A stretch of DNA of 64,000 bases from an uncultured bacterium. Lineage in GTDB: Bacteria; Bacteroidota; Ignavibacteria; Kapaibacteriales; UBA2268. The stretch covers positions 2,777-66,776 of the forward strand of contig CALLXS010000054.1 of the NCBI GenBank assembly GCA_937875295.1. The letters run 5' to 3'. The position numbers and the translations under genes were made by a program. The notes beneath the pieces are model-generated. The model was not told the DNA's origin, searched no databases, and saw only the letters and a program-made list of their open reading frames with translations. Positions 19,423 to 29,000 of the stretch are shown here, piece by piece. Position 1 is the stretch's first letter. Every line of letters starts with the position of its first letter.

Positions 19423-20382
19423 ATGCCAGTAGCAATTTCGGGTGGCTCCCGCATCAGAACAAATACACCTGCAGAAAATGCATATAACTCATTAATGACT
19501 AGTAGCAATGCAATTGCAAAGTCACAATTGAATATTTCAACAGGTAAAAGAATAAACGCCGCATCAGACGATGTAGCAGGTTATATCACAGCTCGCTCTT
19601 TACAAGCTCGTAATGGATCTTTAAAGTCAGCTTTAAAATCAGTTGGCGATGCAAAGAACGTTACAGCAATTACTCAAGATGCTTTAGACAATATCAATAA
19701 TTTGCTTAATGATATTAATAGTTCAGCAGCAACTGCTTCTTCTGCAGCTCTTGGTACAGATGAAAAAGTAACTTTAGCAAAATCTGCTTACAGATTAGCT
19801 CAACAAATTCAAACAGTAGTAGATTCTACAGTGTTCGGTGGAAAACAATTACTTGACAACTCGTTCTCAGGTGAATTCTCTATCGGTTTCAAAGCTGATA
19901 ACACAATTTTAACAATTGGTATCGACTTAACAACTTCAAACACTGACTTTAACACTTCATTTGTTAAAGATGGTACAACAACTACTACAAATACTTTTGA
20001 TATCAAAGGTACTAAAGCAACAGATTTCGCTGGTGTAACAGGATTAAACTTATCTAGTTTAAATGATGTATCTTCAACTGATTTGGGTATATTCTCATCA
20101 GAAAATATCAAAGCTACATTACAAAGTTTAACTTCTGCTATTAACAACATCAATAAAGTTGCTTCTTATGTAGGTGGTATTGAAAATAGATTAACTTCTC
20201 AAGAAGAACTATTGAAATCTCAAACTACTAACTATAATGCTGCGATTTCAAGAATTGAAGATGCTGACATGGCTTCAGAACAATTGAGCCTTGTTAAGAA
20301 TCAGTTCTTACAATCTACATCAATTACTTCATTAGCTCAAGCTAACCAAAATCCTAACACATTCATGCAATTGATGCGTTAA
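19423..20382 (+). CDS. fliC: Flagellin
   Basis: Conserved N-terminal flagellin region (SQLNISTGKRINAASDDVAGY) and C-terminal ..SITSLAQANQNPNTFMQLMR. Short (319 aa), with a T/S/N-rich variable middle. Confidence 0.85.
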   Translation: MPVAISGGSRIRTNTPAENAYNSLMTSSNAIAKSQLNISTGKRINAASDDVAGYITARSLQARNGSLKSALKSVGDAKNVTAITQDALDNINNLLNDINSSAATASSAALGTDEKVTLAKSAYRLAQQIQTVVDSTVFGGKQLLDNSFSGEFSIGFKADNTILTIGIDLTTSNTDFNTSFVKDGTTTTTNTFDIKGTKATDFAGVTGLNLSSLNDVSSTDLGIFSSENIKATLQSLTSAINNINKVASYVGGIENRLTSQEELLKSQTTNYNAAISRIEDADMASEQLSLVKNQFLQSTSITSLAQANQNPNTFMQLMR

Positions 20383-20459
20383 TCGATATAATTAGCACAC
20401 TTTACTCACGGATAGAGTACAAAAAAAGTCATTTGGCTAATGAATGATGCAAATAATTT

Positions 20460-20501
20460 GAGCGGGGGTGCGTTTATACTATCTCCGCTCATACTTTTAT
20501 T
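20460..20501 (+). terminator. GC-rich hairpin plus T-rich tail after fliC
   Basis: gagcgggg...ctccgctc stem followed by atacttttatt. Confidence 0.4.
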
Positions 20502-20530
20502 AAAAATATATTATATTCATAGAATTAATT

Positions 20531-20884
20531 ATGGCAAATATAGCACAACAATTAGCCGCTCAAAAAGCATACGGAAATCCTAAAAGTGGAAAGTTACCGA
20601 CTTATCTTGAACAAGAAGTCTTGTCGTGGAGCAAAGAAAAAATAATATTAAAAATGTATGATCTATTCCTCGTGAGTAATAAAAGAGGTGATATACAGAA
20701 AATGGGAAGAGTCCTAATCGAATTAATGAGTTCGCTAAATTTTGAATATGAAGAGACTTCTACTCGCTTATATAGATTATATGAATATTGCCAGAGATGT
20801 ATATATCAAAAAAGATATAAAGAAGCAGAAAAAATAATACAGGGATTAAGAGATGCTTGGAATGAAGCATTTAAAATTGAATAA
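20531..20884 (+). CDS. fliS: Flagellar export chaperone FliS
   Basis: Pattern KMYDLFLVS...IQKMGRVLIELMSSLNFE...LYRLYEYCQRCI...EKIIQGLRDAWNEAF matches the FliS four-helix family. Confidence 0.7.
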   Translation: MANIAQQLAAQKAYGNPKSGKLPTYLEQEVLSWSKEKIILKMYDLFLVSNKRGDIQKMGRVLIELMSSLNFEYEETSTRLYRLYEYCQRCIYQKRYKEAEKIIQGLRDAWNEAFKIE

Positions 20885-20974
20885 TCCAAAACTAAGAGAC
20901 TTAAAATATAAATATATATAATTTTATAAATTGATAAATAATGCTTCTAAATAATTAAAAAGGAGTAATTTAAA

Positions 20975-22540
20975 ATGTCGACTATTAGTTCAACATCTTC
21001 TACAGGTGGATATGCTAGTCAAATGGAACAATTAATTGATACCTATTACCAGACTAGACAACCAGAATTAGATGCTTTAAATACAAAAAAAACTACCTTA
21101 GAAAATAAGAGATTATTTTATACTAGGTTAAAAACGAACTTTAGTTCTTTAAATTCGCAATTAGATAAATTTTATCGACTCAATACTGATAAAACTTTTG
21201 ATAACGATTTTAAAGCAACTGCTGATAAATTATTAAACTCAAGAAAAGTAACTTCAAGCGATGAATCATTCGTAAAAGCTAGTGCCGGCGATGGTGCTGT
21301 CATTGGTAATACATCTGTTAGAGTAAATCAATTAGCTTCTAATGATATATTTATTGGAAAGCAAAATTTATATGCTGGCGATGCTGGAATAGAAGCTGGT
21401 GAAGTTACATATAATATTCAAGTGCTTAATAAAGACTATAAAGAAGCCACTGACCCTATTGAAAATAAATATAAGACAGTAAGCGTAAAAATTGGATTCG
21501 ACGGCACAGAAAGCAACGAACTTGCAATGAAAAAGATTTCAAATGCTTTTAATGCTAAATCAGAATTAAATTTTAATGTATCTTATGTGAAAGATACTTC
21601 ATTAACCGGTAGATTAAGCTTTACTTCTAAAAATACAGGAGAAGATAACAAGCTTGATTTTTCTTTCTTTACTGCTCCTGAAAGTACTAATGCAGGAGTA
21701 AATTCCTTACTTGGTTTAGATAATATTAATTCTGACAGAACTTCAGTTAATGCAGATAATACTCAAGCTAGATTTAAAGTAGCTAACGTAACCGATTTAA
21801 ATAGTAAGTTAAATATAAATGGTATTGACGTTACTCGCTCAAGCAATTCAATTAATGACTTATTGCCAGGAGTAACTTTAAATTTATTAAAAGTTCATAC
21901 TGATAAAGATAATGATGTAAATTTATCTACAGAAATGGATACCGGAGCTGTCACAAAAAATATTGAGCAAGTTATTTCTGCTTATAATGATATTGTAAAG
22001 CAATTAGGAAGCGATAAAACAATGCTCAGAAGCGATTCTTCTGTGAATAACTTAAAGAGCCAATTTAGAAATATTATTTCTACTTTTATCGAACCAGCTC
22101 AAGGTACTCCAAATGACGAAGAAACTCTAAAGACAACTCCACGCAGTATCTCCGATCTAGGCTATAAAAGCAATAAAGACGGAACTATTTCAATGGCAGA
22201 TTCTAGCAAATTAGAAGCTATTCTTAAAGCTGATGGTGGTGTTGAGAGATTATCACACTTTTTAAATTCTGAAAATGGACTTATTTCTAAACTAAGAGAA
22301 ATTGGTAAAAATTTCGGTGATGATGATAGTATTCTTGACTCACGAAGAGATTCAATTGATAAACAATTAGAAGCAAATAGACAAAAAACTGATAGACTCG
22401 AAACCAGAATAGATACTGCTGCATTAAATTTAAGAAAAGAATATACACAGTTGACTAAAATGTTTAATTATACTTCTAATCAATATAGCGCTATGATGAA
22501 TGTAATGGGTAGCTATAGTAGCTATGGAACGTCATATTAA
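20975..22540 (+). CDS. fliD: Flagellar filament cap protein (hook-associated protein 2)
   Basis: N-terminal heptad region (GGYASQMEQLIDTYYQ...LDALNTKKTTLENK) and C-terminal coiled coil (RDSIDKQLEANRQKTDRLETRIDTAALNLRKEYTQLTKMF), typical of FliD. Position next to fliC and fliS. Confidence 0.7.
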   Translation: MSTISSTSSTGGYASQMEQLIDTYYQTRQPELDALNTKKTTLENKRLFYTRLKTNFSSLNSQLDKFYRLNTDKTFDNDFKATADKLLNSRKVTSSDESFVKASAGDGAVIGNTSVRVNQLASNDIFIGKQNLYAGDAGIEAGEVTYNIQVLNKDYKEATDPIENKYKTVSVKIGFDGTESNELAMKKISNAFNAKSELNFNVSYVKDTSLTGRLSFTSKNTGEDNKLDFSFFTAPESTNAGVNSLLGLDNINSDRTSVNADNTQARFKVANVTDLNSKLNINGIDVTRSSNSINDLLPGVTLNLLKVHTDKDNDVNLSTEMDTGAVTKNIEQVISAYNDIVKQLGSDKTMLRSDSSVNNLKSQFRNIISTFIEPAQGTPNDEETLKTTPRSISDLGYKSNKDGTISMADSSKLEAILKADGGVERLSHFLNSENGLISKLREIGKNFGDDDSILDSRRDSIDKQLEANRQKTDRLETRIDTAALNLRKEYTQLTKMFNYTSNQYSAMMNVMGSYSSYGTSY

Positions 22541-22566
22541 TAATTAAATAAAAAGGGAAATAAATT

Positions 22567-22995
22567 ATGTTAGGCGAAATAGGTTCTATAAGTACTTCTG
22601 GGGCTACACTTTCTCACGATAATGCAAGTTTAGCAGAAAGCAAAAGATTTCTAAAAGCATTATTAGAATCTAATCAATTTGCTCCAACCCCAGGAATAAG
22701 TAACCAAAAAGTTACTAAAGAAGTATCTCAAAAAACTTTTGAAGAAAATCTAAAAATGGAATCAAGAAAAGTAGATTATGATTCTATTTCTAAAAAAGTT
22801 GAAGAATTAATTGCTAATGACGAAATAACAGTGAAATTCGATAAAGATGCTGATACTAAAATAATGATCATGAAATTCGTTGATAAAAAGACTGAAGATG
22901 TCTTAAAACAATTTCCAGCTGAAGTTTCTATTAAAATTGCTAAAATGATATCAAAATTAACTAGCCAAGGTAATTTGACTGATGCAAAAGTCTAA
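22567..22995 (+). CDS. flaG: Flagellar protein FlaG
   Basis: C-terminal block ITVKFDKDADTKIMIMKFVDKKTEDVLKQFPAEVSIKIAKMI fits the FlaG signature (V.FD.DT..VV.VVD..T.EVIRQ.P). Confidence 0.55.
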   Translation: MLGEIGSISTSGATLSHDNASLAESKRFLKALLESNQFAPTPGISNQKVTKEVSQKTFEENLKMESRKVDYDSISKKVEELIANDEITVKFDKDADTKIMIMKFVDKKTEDVLKQFPAEVSIKIAKMISKLTSQGNLTDAKV

Positions 22996-23335
22996 TGGAA
23001 ATATAGCAGAATTAACGACTACTATCGAAAAATTACACACAAATTGTAAAGAAATTTACAATTTGTGTGTAAATAATCAAGAACATCTTACAGAAATTTC
23101 TAAAGTATCAGAATTATTAGCCGATAATAATGAATATATACAAATCATTAAATCATATAAAGAAATGGAAAATAATGATTTATATAATTCAATTATGAAT
23201 GAAAAAGCTGATATAATTACTGAAACTCTTGAGTTAAGTAAAAATATTAACGAAATTTTTAAAACTCAAAAAGACGTTAAAGCTGATAAAATTAAAAATA
23301 TCAATCAAAAAAAAAACTTATTAATATATAAATAG
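22982..23335 (+). CDS. Hypothetical alpha-helical protein in the flagellar locus (possible FliT/YvyF-like chaperone)
   Basis: 117 aa, predicted helical, sits between flaG and flgM. Assignment is by context only. Confidence 0.3.
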   Translation: MQKSNGNIAELTTTIEKLHTNCKEIYNLCVNNQEHLTEISKVSELLADNNEYIQIIKSYKEMENNDLYNSIMNEKADIITETLELSKNINEIFKTQKDVKADKIKNINQKKNLLIYK

Positions 23336-23345
23336 GGACAAAATA

Positions 23346-23621
23346 ATGGTAATCGACAATAACAGCTATATTAAAAATCAAATATCGAATATTAATTCTA
23401 ATAATACTGCTCAAGTACAAAAACAGCAATTGCAACAAGAGCAGTCTGCTACTAATGCTGCTATTACTGCTGTACCAGTGCAAAATCAAAAATTAGATAA
23501 ACTCGAAATTTCTGAAACAGCTAAAAATTATAATCAAATATTTGATAAAGTGAAATCAGGTGAATATAATAAACCTGAGACTATCAATGCAGTTGCAAGA
23601 AAATTATCTAAATTAATATAA
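23346..23621 (+). CDS. flgM: Anti-sigma-28 factor FlgM
   Basis: 91 aa. The C-terminal FDKVKSGEYNKPETINAVARKL matches the FlgM signature (IK..I..G.Y.VD...IA.KL). Confidence 0.55.
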   Translation: MVIDNNSYIKNQISNINSNNTAQVQKQQLQQEQSATNAAITAVPVQNQKLDKLEISETAKNYNQIFDKVKSGEYNKPETINAVARKLSKLI

Positions 23622-23664
23622 TTTAGAATTTAAAAAACAAATACAAAAAATACAATGTATACAC

Positions 23665-23710
23665 AGGGTCATTTTATTAATTTTAATATTATAATTGACC
23701 CTTATTTTAT
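23665..23710 (+). terminator. Hairpin plus T-run after flgM
   Basis: agggtca...tgaccct stem with an AT-rich loop, followed by tattttat. Confidence 0.4.
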
Positions 23711-23749
23711 ATAAAAATTTAAAATAGCAAATGAAGGGATTAAATATTT

Positions 23750-24241
23750 ATGTCTAGAACATTAAACAAAGTTATGTTGATAGGGAATGTAGGAAAAGAA
23801 CCTGAATTAAAGTACACTCCGAGCGGTATCCCAGTTACTTCATTTAGGTTAGCTACTTCAGAGACTTGGAAAGATAAAGACGGCTCTGCTAAAGAACATA
23901 CAGATTGGCATACTATTGTAGCTTGGAGAGGACTAGCTGAAGTCATCAACAAACTAGTTACAAAAGGCTCACGCGTTTATATCGAAGGACGCATTCAAAC
24001 TCGCACATTCGACGATAAAAACGGTACTAAAAGATATGTAGTAGAAATATTAGCTGATAATATGCTGATATTAGAACAAAAGAAATCTAAAGACGATATA
24101 GAAAATTTAGATTCTGAATATTTCTCTAGCTCTTCAAGCGAAAATGAAAGCTTCGAATTAGATGATTTTAATGATGATTTGTTCTTAACAAATAATCAAG
24201 AAGATTTAAATGCTGATGATGATTCATCATTTAAATTTTAG
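23750..24241 (+). CDS. ssb: Single-stranded DNA-binding protein
   Basis: OB-fold signature (MLIGNVGKEPELKYTPSG...TDWHTIVAWRGLAE...VYIEGRIQTRTFDD) and an acidic C-terminal tail DDDSSFKF. Confidence 0.85.
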   Translation: MSRTLNKVMLIGNVGKEPELKYTPSGIPVTSFRLATSETWKDKDGSAKEHTDWHTIVAWRGLAEVINKLVTKGSRVYIEGRIQTRTFDDKNGTKRYVVEILADNMLILEQKKSKDDIENLDSEYFSSSSSENESFELDDFNDDLFLTNNQEDLNADDDSSFKF

Positions 24242-24309
24242 ATTAATCATATTTTAAATATAAAGAGATAATTATTATTTTAAATTCTCAAAAAAAAATG
24301 GTAATTTTA

Positions 24310-24350
24310 AAGCCCTTAATTATTATATAATTATGGGCTTAATTTTTATT
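24310..24350 (+). terminator. Hairpin plus T-run after ssb
   Basis: aagccc...gggctt stem followed by aatttttattt. Confidence 0.45.
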
Positions 24351-24377
24351 TATGTAATTTCCTAATTTTAAAATAAG

Positions 24378-25322
24378 ATGCAAGACAAACGCTCCGCTGA
24401 AATTAAAGTAGGATTAGTGTCTTTAGTCGCTCTAATACTACTTGTATTGGGGATTATACTTGGAAAAGGCTTGAGCATAAGCAATGCTAATCAAGTAAAA
24501 TTTAGATTTCCTAATTCCGGTGGTATTCAGACCGGTAGCCCAGTAACGATTAATGGTGTAAGTAGGGGCACTGTTTCATCAATAGAAAATGATAATGGAA
24601 GCGTACTAATTAAAGCAGATTTAAAAAATGTCGAAGATATTTTTTCTGATGCAACTGCTAAAATCTCAATGATGGAATTAACTGGCGGAAGAAAAATTGA
24701 AATGAATCCGGGTATATCAAAGATAAAATTTGATAAAAATAATGAAATTATTGGAATTACAAACCCAGATTTCTCTGATTTATTAGGTATGTTAGGAAGT
24801 TTGTCAGATGGATTGACTAATACTCTAGATAAGTTGGATTCTGTAGCATCTTCTGTAAATATTATGTTTGCTGATGGTGAAATCAATAAAAAAATTAGAT
24901 CTTCGCTAAGCAATACTGAAAGCTTGACAAATGATTTGCATCAGCTCCTATCTAATAATAAAAATAATATTAATTCTGCAATTAATGACCTAAAAACAAT
25001 TTCTAACGAATTGAAATCAAGTGTCCAAGCAAATGAACCTAAAATATCAAAAATAGTTGATAATATTGATGCAAAAATAAATGAGCTAAGCAAAATATTT
25101 AATAAAGCAGAAAATGGACTCGCAAATATTGAGAATCTATCAAAGGATTTAAATAGTATTTTAAGTGATATTAAAACAGGAAATGGAACTCTAAATAAGT
25201 TAATTTATGATAAAAAGTTTTCTAACCAATTAGATACAACTCTGAGAAATCTTAATATTTTAATGAAAAATATTGATAAAAAGGGCCTAAATGCAAATGT
25301 GCGATTAGGTGTAAGAGATTAA
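24378..25322 (+). CDS. MCE/MlaD-family protein
   Basis: N-terminal TM helix followed by an MCE domain (FRFPNSGGIQTGSPVTINGVSRGTVSSIE) and a long helical C-terminus. Confidence 0.65.
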   Translation: MQDKRSAEIKVGLVSLVALILLVLGIILGKGLSISNANQVKFRFPNSGGIQTGSPVTINGVSRGTVSSIENDNGSVLIKADLKNVEDIFSDATAKISMMELTGGRKIEMNPGISKIKFDKNNEIIGITNPDFSDLLGMLGSLSDGLTNTLDKLDSVASSVNIMFADGEINKKIRSSLSNTESLTNDLHQLLSNNKNNINSAINDLKTISNELKSSVQANEPKISKIVDNIDAKINELSKIFNKAENGLANIENLSKDLNSILSDIKTGNGTLNKLIYDKKFSNQLDTTLRNLNILMKNIDKKGLNANVRLGVRD

Positions 25323-25344
25323 ATTTAACAAGGATATAAATTAA

Positions 25345-27117
25345 ATGAACTTCTTAAAAAGAACTATGCTATGCGGAGAACCACGAGACTCGCATATTGG
25401 GAAAAATGTTATTTTAAATGGATGGGTGCAAAATGTACGTAATCTCGGTGGCTTAATTTTTATTGATTTAAGAGATAGAAATGGACTAATGCAATTAGTA
25501 ATCGAACCTGAAAATCAAAAAGAATTAGCTGAAAGAGCTACAGAACTAAAACAGGAATACGTTATTTGGGCTAAAGGGGATATCCGTAAAAGAGAAAAAT
25601 CAAATGAAAAAATGCCCACAGGACTCGTGGAAATGCTTGTGCAAGATTATGGGATCATTAATAAAGCAGAATTACCACCATTTGAGATCTTGAATGATAT
25701 AGAGACAAGTGAAGAAATAAAATTGCAATATAGATACTTAGATCTACGCAGACCTGTTTTATTGAATAAATTTGTTGTAAGAAATAAAGTATATCAGATC
25801 TTACATCAATATTATTATGAAAATAATTTCTTGGAAGTTGAAACCCCTGTTTTAATGAAATCCACTCCTGAAGGAGCGAGAGATTTCCTTGTACCTAGTA
25901 GGATAAATAAAGGTAAATTCTATGCATTGCCACAATCTCCACAATTATATAAGCAAATATTGATGATTTCTGGTTTTGATAGATATATGCAAATTGTGAA
26001 GTGCTTCCGAGATGAAGATTTGCGATCTGATAGACAGCCTGAATTTACTCAGGTAGATGTAGAAATGTCTTTCGTGGATATTGATGATGTGCTATCAATG
26101 ACTGAGGGCTTAATCAAAAGAATTTGGAAAGAAGTATTAGGTATAGAAATTGAAAATAAATTCAAAAGAATGACTTATGTCGAAGCAATGAGTCGCTACG
26201 GTAGCGACAAACCCGATTTGCGATATGATTTAGAATTAAAAGATATAACGGAAGTAGTGAAAAATTGTGGATTCTCCGTTTTTAAAGATAATATAAGCAA
26301 TGGAGGAAATGTAGCTGTTCTAAATGCAAAGGGATGTGCTGATTTCTCTAGAAAAAAAATAGATGAATTAACTAATTTAGCTAAAAAATATGGTGCAAAG
26401 GGATTAGCTTGGATGAAATTTGAAAATGGTGAAATTAATTCACCAATTGCAAAATTTTTACAAGAAAATGAAATAAATGAAATTAAAAACATTGCACATG
26501 CTGAAAATGGAGATTTGCTTTTATTTGTCTCAGACAAATGGACTAAAACTTATACTATACTCGGCGCTTTGAGAATAGAAATTGCAAAATTAAGTGGAAT
26601 TTATGAAAAAATTAAAAATGATTATTCTTTTCATTGGGTTACCGAGTTTCCGCTATTTGAGTATGATGAAGAAAGTAATAGGTATGTAGCAATGCACCAT
26701 GCATTTACTTCTCCTATGGATGAAGATGTAGAATTATTAAATACTGCACCTGATAAAGCTCGAGCTAAAGCTTATGATTTAGTTATTAATGGTGCCGAAT
26801 TGGGTGGTGGAAGTATAAGAATACATGACTCAAAGGTACAACAGAAAATCTTTGAGTTAATGAATCTAGGTCCGGAAGAAATTGAAAGCAAATTTGGATT
26901 CTTTACAAAAGCATTAAAATATGGCGCACCTCCTCACGGTGGAATTGCCCTTGGATTAGATAGAATTATTATGACCTTATGCAATACTGATAATATTCGA
27001 GATGTAATTGCATTTCCAAAAACTACAAGTGGGCTATCTCTTATGGATGGATGCCCATCGGCAGTTGATATCAAGCAATTAAATGAATTATCAATTAATG
27101 TGATAAAAGAAAAATAA
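25345..27117 (+). CDS. aspS: Aspartate--tRNA ligase
   Basis: Class II motifs (FRDEDLRSDRQPEFTQVD, GGGSIRIHD, GLDRIIM), an N-terminal OB fold, 590 aa. Confidence 0.95.
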   Translation: MNFLKRTMLCGEPRDSHIGKNVILNGWVQNVRNLGGLIFIDLRDRNGLMQLVIEPENQKELAERATELKQEYVIWAKGDIRKREKSNEKMPTGLVEMLVQDYGIINKAELPPFEILNDIETSEEIKLQYRYLDLRRPVLLNKFVVRNKVYQILHQYYYENNFLEVETPVLMKSTPEGARDFLVPSRINKGKFYALPQSPQLYKQILMISGFDRYMQIVKCFRDEDLRSDRQPEFTQVDVEMSFVDIDDVLSMTEGLIKRIWKEVLGIEIENKFKRMTYVEAMSRYGSDKPDLRYDLELKDITEVVKNCGFSVFKDNISNGGNVAVLNAKGCADFSRKKIDELTNLAKKYGAKGLAWMKFENGEINSPIAKFLQENEINEIKNIAHAENGDLLLFVSDKWTKTYTILGALRIEIAKLSGIYEKIKNDYSFHWVTEFPLFEYDEESNRYVAMHHAFTSPMDEDVELLNTAPDKARAKAYDLVINGAELGGGSIRIHDSKVQQKIFELMNLGPEEIESKFGFFTKALKYGAPPHGGIALGLDRIIMTLCNTDNIRDVIAFPKTTSGLSLMDGCPSAVDIKQLNELSINVIKEK

Positions 27118-27137
27118 TTACTTAATTTAAGAAAATT

Positions 27138-27176
27138 AAAAGCACTTGTAAATATTTTATAAGTGCTTTTTTCTTA
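27138..27176. terminator. Rho-independent terminator after aspS (possibly bidirectional)
   Basis: aaaagcactt...aagtgctttt stem followed by a T-run. Confidence 0.55.
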
Positions 27177-27229
27177 TCACATTAACAACTAAGACTGAGA
27201 ACATTGTTGTTATAAAATAAAATAGAACG

Positions 27230-28348
27230 CTAAAAATCATTTGGCAAAACAGTATTTTCGAGACTTCGTGATGAAAAAATATATCTATCACCACACATAA
27301 ATCCTAAGTCACCCCAATCGACATTATTTAATTTATCCTTGAGTAATACTAAATCAGCATCTTGGTTGCGTGGAAATATTCCTAATATAGAGCCATCATA
27401 ATTATTGCATTCGTTAAGGAAAAATGGATTTTTTGTTCGTGTCTTGCAATTCACATAAATTCTTTTTTGATTACTTTTATATAATAGTCTGCCCCACATC
27501 CACCAATTTGATTCATTGAATTTTTTTATTTTCCGATTTATCAATTGATCTTTGTATTGCAAAAGGTGTTTATGAGGATAATTATAAATCATCTTTTGTA
27601 GTTTACCAGTTTTTACGGTGCTTGATGTAATGAAATCTAAATTACCAAATTCATCAGATTCAAAAGCATAATCTAATCCACTTACAGCTCCAACTTTAAC
27701 GAAAAAGTAATCGCTAAAACTCTTGTTATATGTTTTTTCAGAAACAATTAGTTGTCCATTTATATTAAGGAAATGTTCATTATTATTAGTTTTTCGCGAA
27801 AAATTCCCTTTTTCAAATCTCCAGACAATACAATTTGGAGAAAATTTATTGAATATTTTTTTATCTCCAAAATCAATTAAATCAGTAATAGTACCTCTTT
27901 CATAAATATAATCATTAAGATCAAGTGAAGAAGTAGCTTTCATAAAATCTCTAGGTGTGATGAAAATGAGTTCTCCTCCATCATTTAGGTGATCTATACA
28001 TTTTTCTATAAAAAAAAGATATAAATTTGACCTTTCATCAAACATAACTGAATTAAATTTACTAATTGTACTATGTGGAATATCTTGATATCTAACAAAA
28101 GGCGGATTACCTATAATTGTATCAAATTTTTCTGTAATTGGATAATCAAAAAAATCCATATTTAAAGCATAGTCTGGACAAATTGTAGCATCAATTTCAA
28201 TTGCTACTGCATCTGGTAGTAAATTAGAAAACCGCCCATTCCCACAAGAAGGTTCTAAAATTCTGCCATTATTTCGTCTGAAAGATAGCATCAGATGAAC
28301 AATTTCAGTAGGAGTGAAGATTTGCCCAAAATTAATTATTTTATCCAA
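27230..28348 (-). CDS. N6-adenine DNA methyltransferase (gamma-class, TaqI/Eco57I-like), apparently orphan
   Basis: FTPTEIV..., the AdoMet motif EPSCGNGRF, and the catalytic motif IGNPPFVRY (NPPF). The C-terminal half is a likely target-recognition domain. No endonuclease ORF on either side. Confidence 0.7.
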   Translation of the reverse strand: MDKIINFGQIFTPTEIVHLMLSFRRNNGRILEPSCGNGRFSNLLPDAVAIEIDATICPDYALNMDFFDYPITEKFDTIIGNPPFVRYQDIPHSTISKFNSVMFDERSNLYLFFIEKCIDHLNDGGELIFITPRDFMKATSSLDLNDYIYERGTITDLIDFGDKKIFNKFSPNCIVWRFEKGNFSRKTNNNEHFLNINGQLIVSEKTYNKSFSDYFFVKVGAVSGLDYAFESDEFGNLDFITSSTVKTGKLQKMIYNYPHKHLLQYKDQLINRKIKKFNESNWWMWGRLLYKSNQKRIYVNCKTRTKNPFFLNECNNYDGSILGIFPRNQDADLVLLKDKLNNVDWGDLGFMCGDRYIFSSRSLENTVLPNDF

Positions 28349-28541
28349 CTTTATACAGAATTACTTAATTTTTAAAAAAATTTTAAAAAAAAAAAATTTA
28401 AGAAAAGTTAAATTAAATTCCAAATTATTTTTAGTAAAGTTTAAGAAATAATATCTTTTTTAATAATTATTTGGTATTTGACTAAAAAATCATTAATTTT
28501 GTAGTCCTATAAAATAAAAATAATTTTTCGGAGATAGAAAA

Positions 28542-28721
28542 ATGGCAAAAAAAGAAGCAAGAAATATTATTACTTTAGAATGTACTGAAGCTAAAAAAGA
28601 AGGCAAACCAGCTTCAAGATACACTACTACTAAGAATAAACAAAATACACCAGAGCGTATTGAACTTAAGAAATACAATCCTTTCTTACGTCGTCATACT
28701 GTTCATAAAGAAATTCGTTAA
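28542..28721 (+). CDS. rpmG: 50S ribosomal protein L33 (absent from the supplied ORF track because it is under 60 aa)
   Basis: [59 protein letters not shown] contains the L33 signature YTTTKNK....E.LELKKY.P..R.H...KE. SD gagatag sits 6 nt upstream. Confidence 0.8.
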   Translation: MAKKEARNIITLECTEAKKEGKPASRYTTTKNKQNTPERIELKKYNPFLRRHTVHKEIR

Positions 28722-28796
28722 TTCTCTTTAGTATAATATTAATCCTTATATTTCGGATAAATATTTCTTTTTATAAAAGAAAAATTTAAATAAATT

Positions 28797-28840
28797 AAAT
28801 CTACTTTAAATTTTATTAATTTGAAGTAGATTTTTATTAT
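28797..28840 (+). terminator. Terminator after rpmG
   Basis: aaatctactt...aagtagattt stem with an inner AT pairing, followed by tttttattatt. Confidence 0.5.
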
Positions 28841-29000
28841 TAACAGCTTAATTATCGCTCAATATCATTAAAATGATTGAATTATTTAAGATATTTTTTT
28901 TATTTCTGAATAATTGCTTATTTTAGCAATTCATATTTTTTATAAAATTTAAATAAATTTTATTTATACATACGGAAGTAATAGACTCATAAATAAATAA

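Noticed and set aside
28471-28541. Bacteroidetes-type -33/-7 promoter (TTTG-N19-TAATTTTT) upstream of rpmG
   Set aside because: Plausible, but it cannot be told apart from background in a region with more than 80% A+T, and the sigma-factor type for this lineage is unknown.
28493-28678. 61-aa minus-strand ORF from the track
   Set aside because: The opposite strand encodes a textbook L33 (rpmG) with an SD and a terminator.
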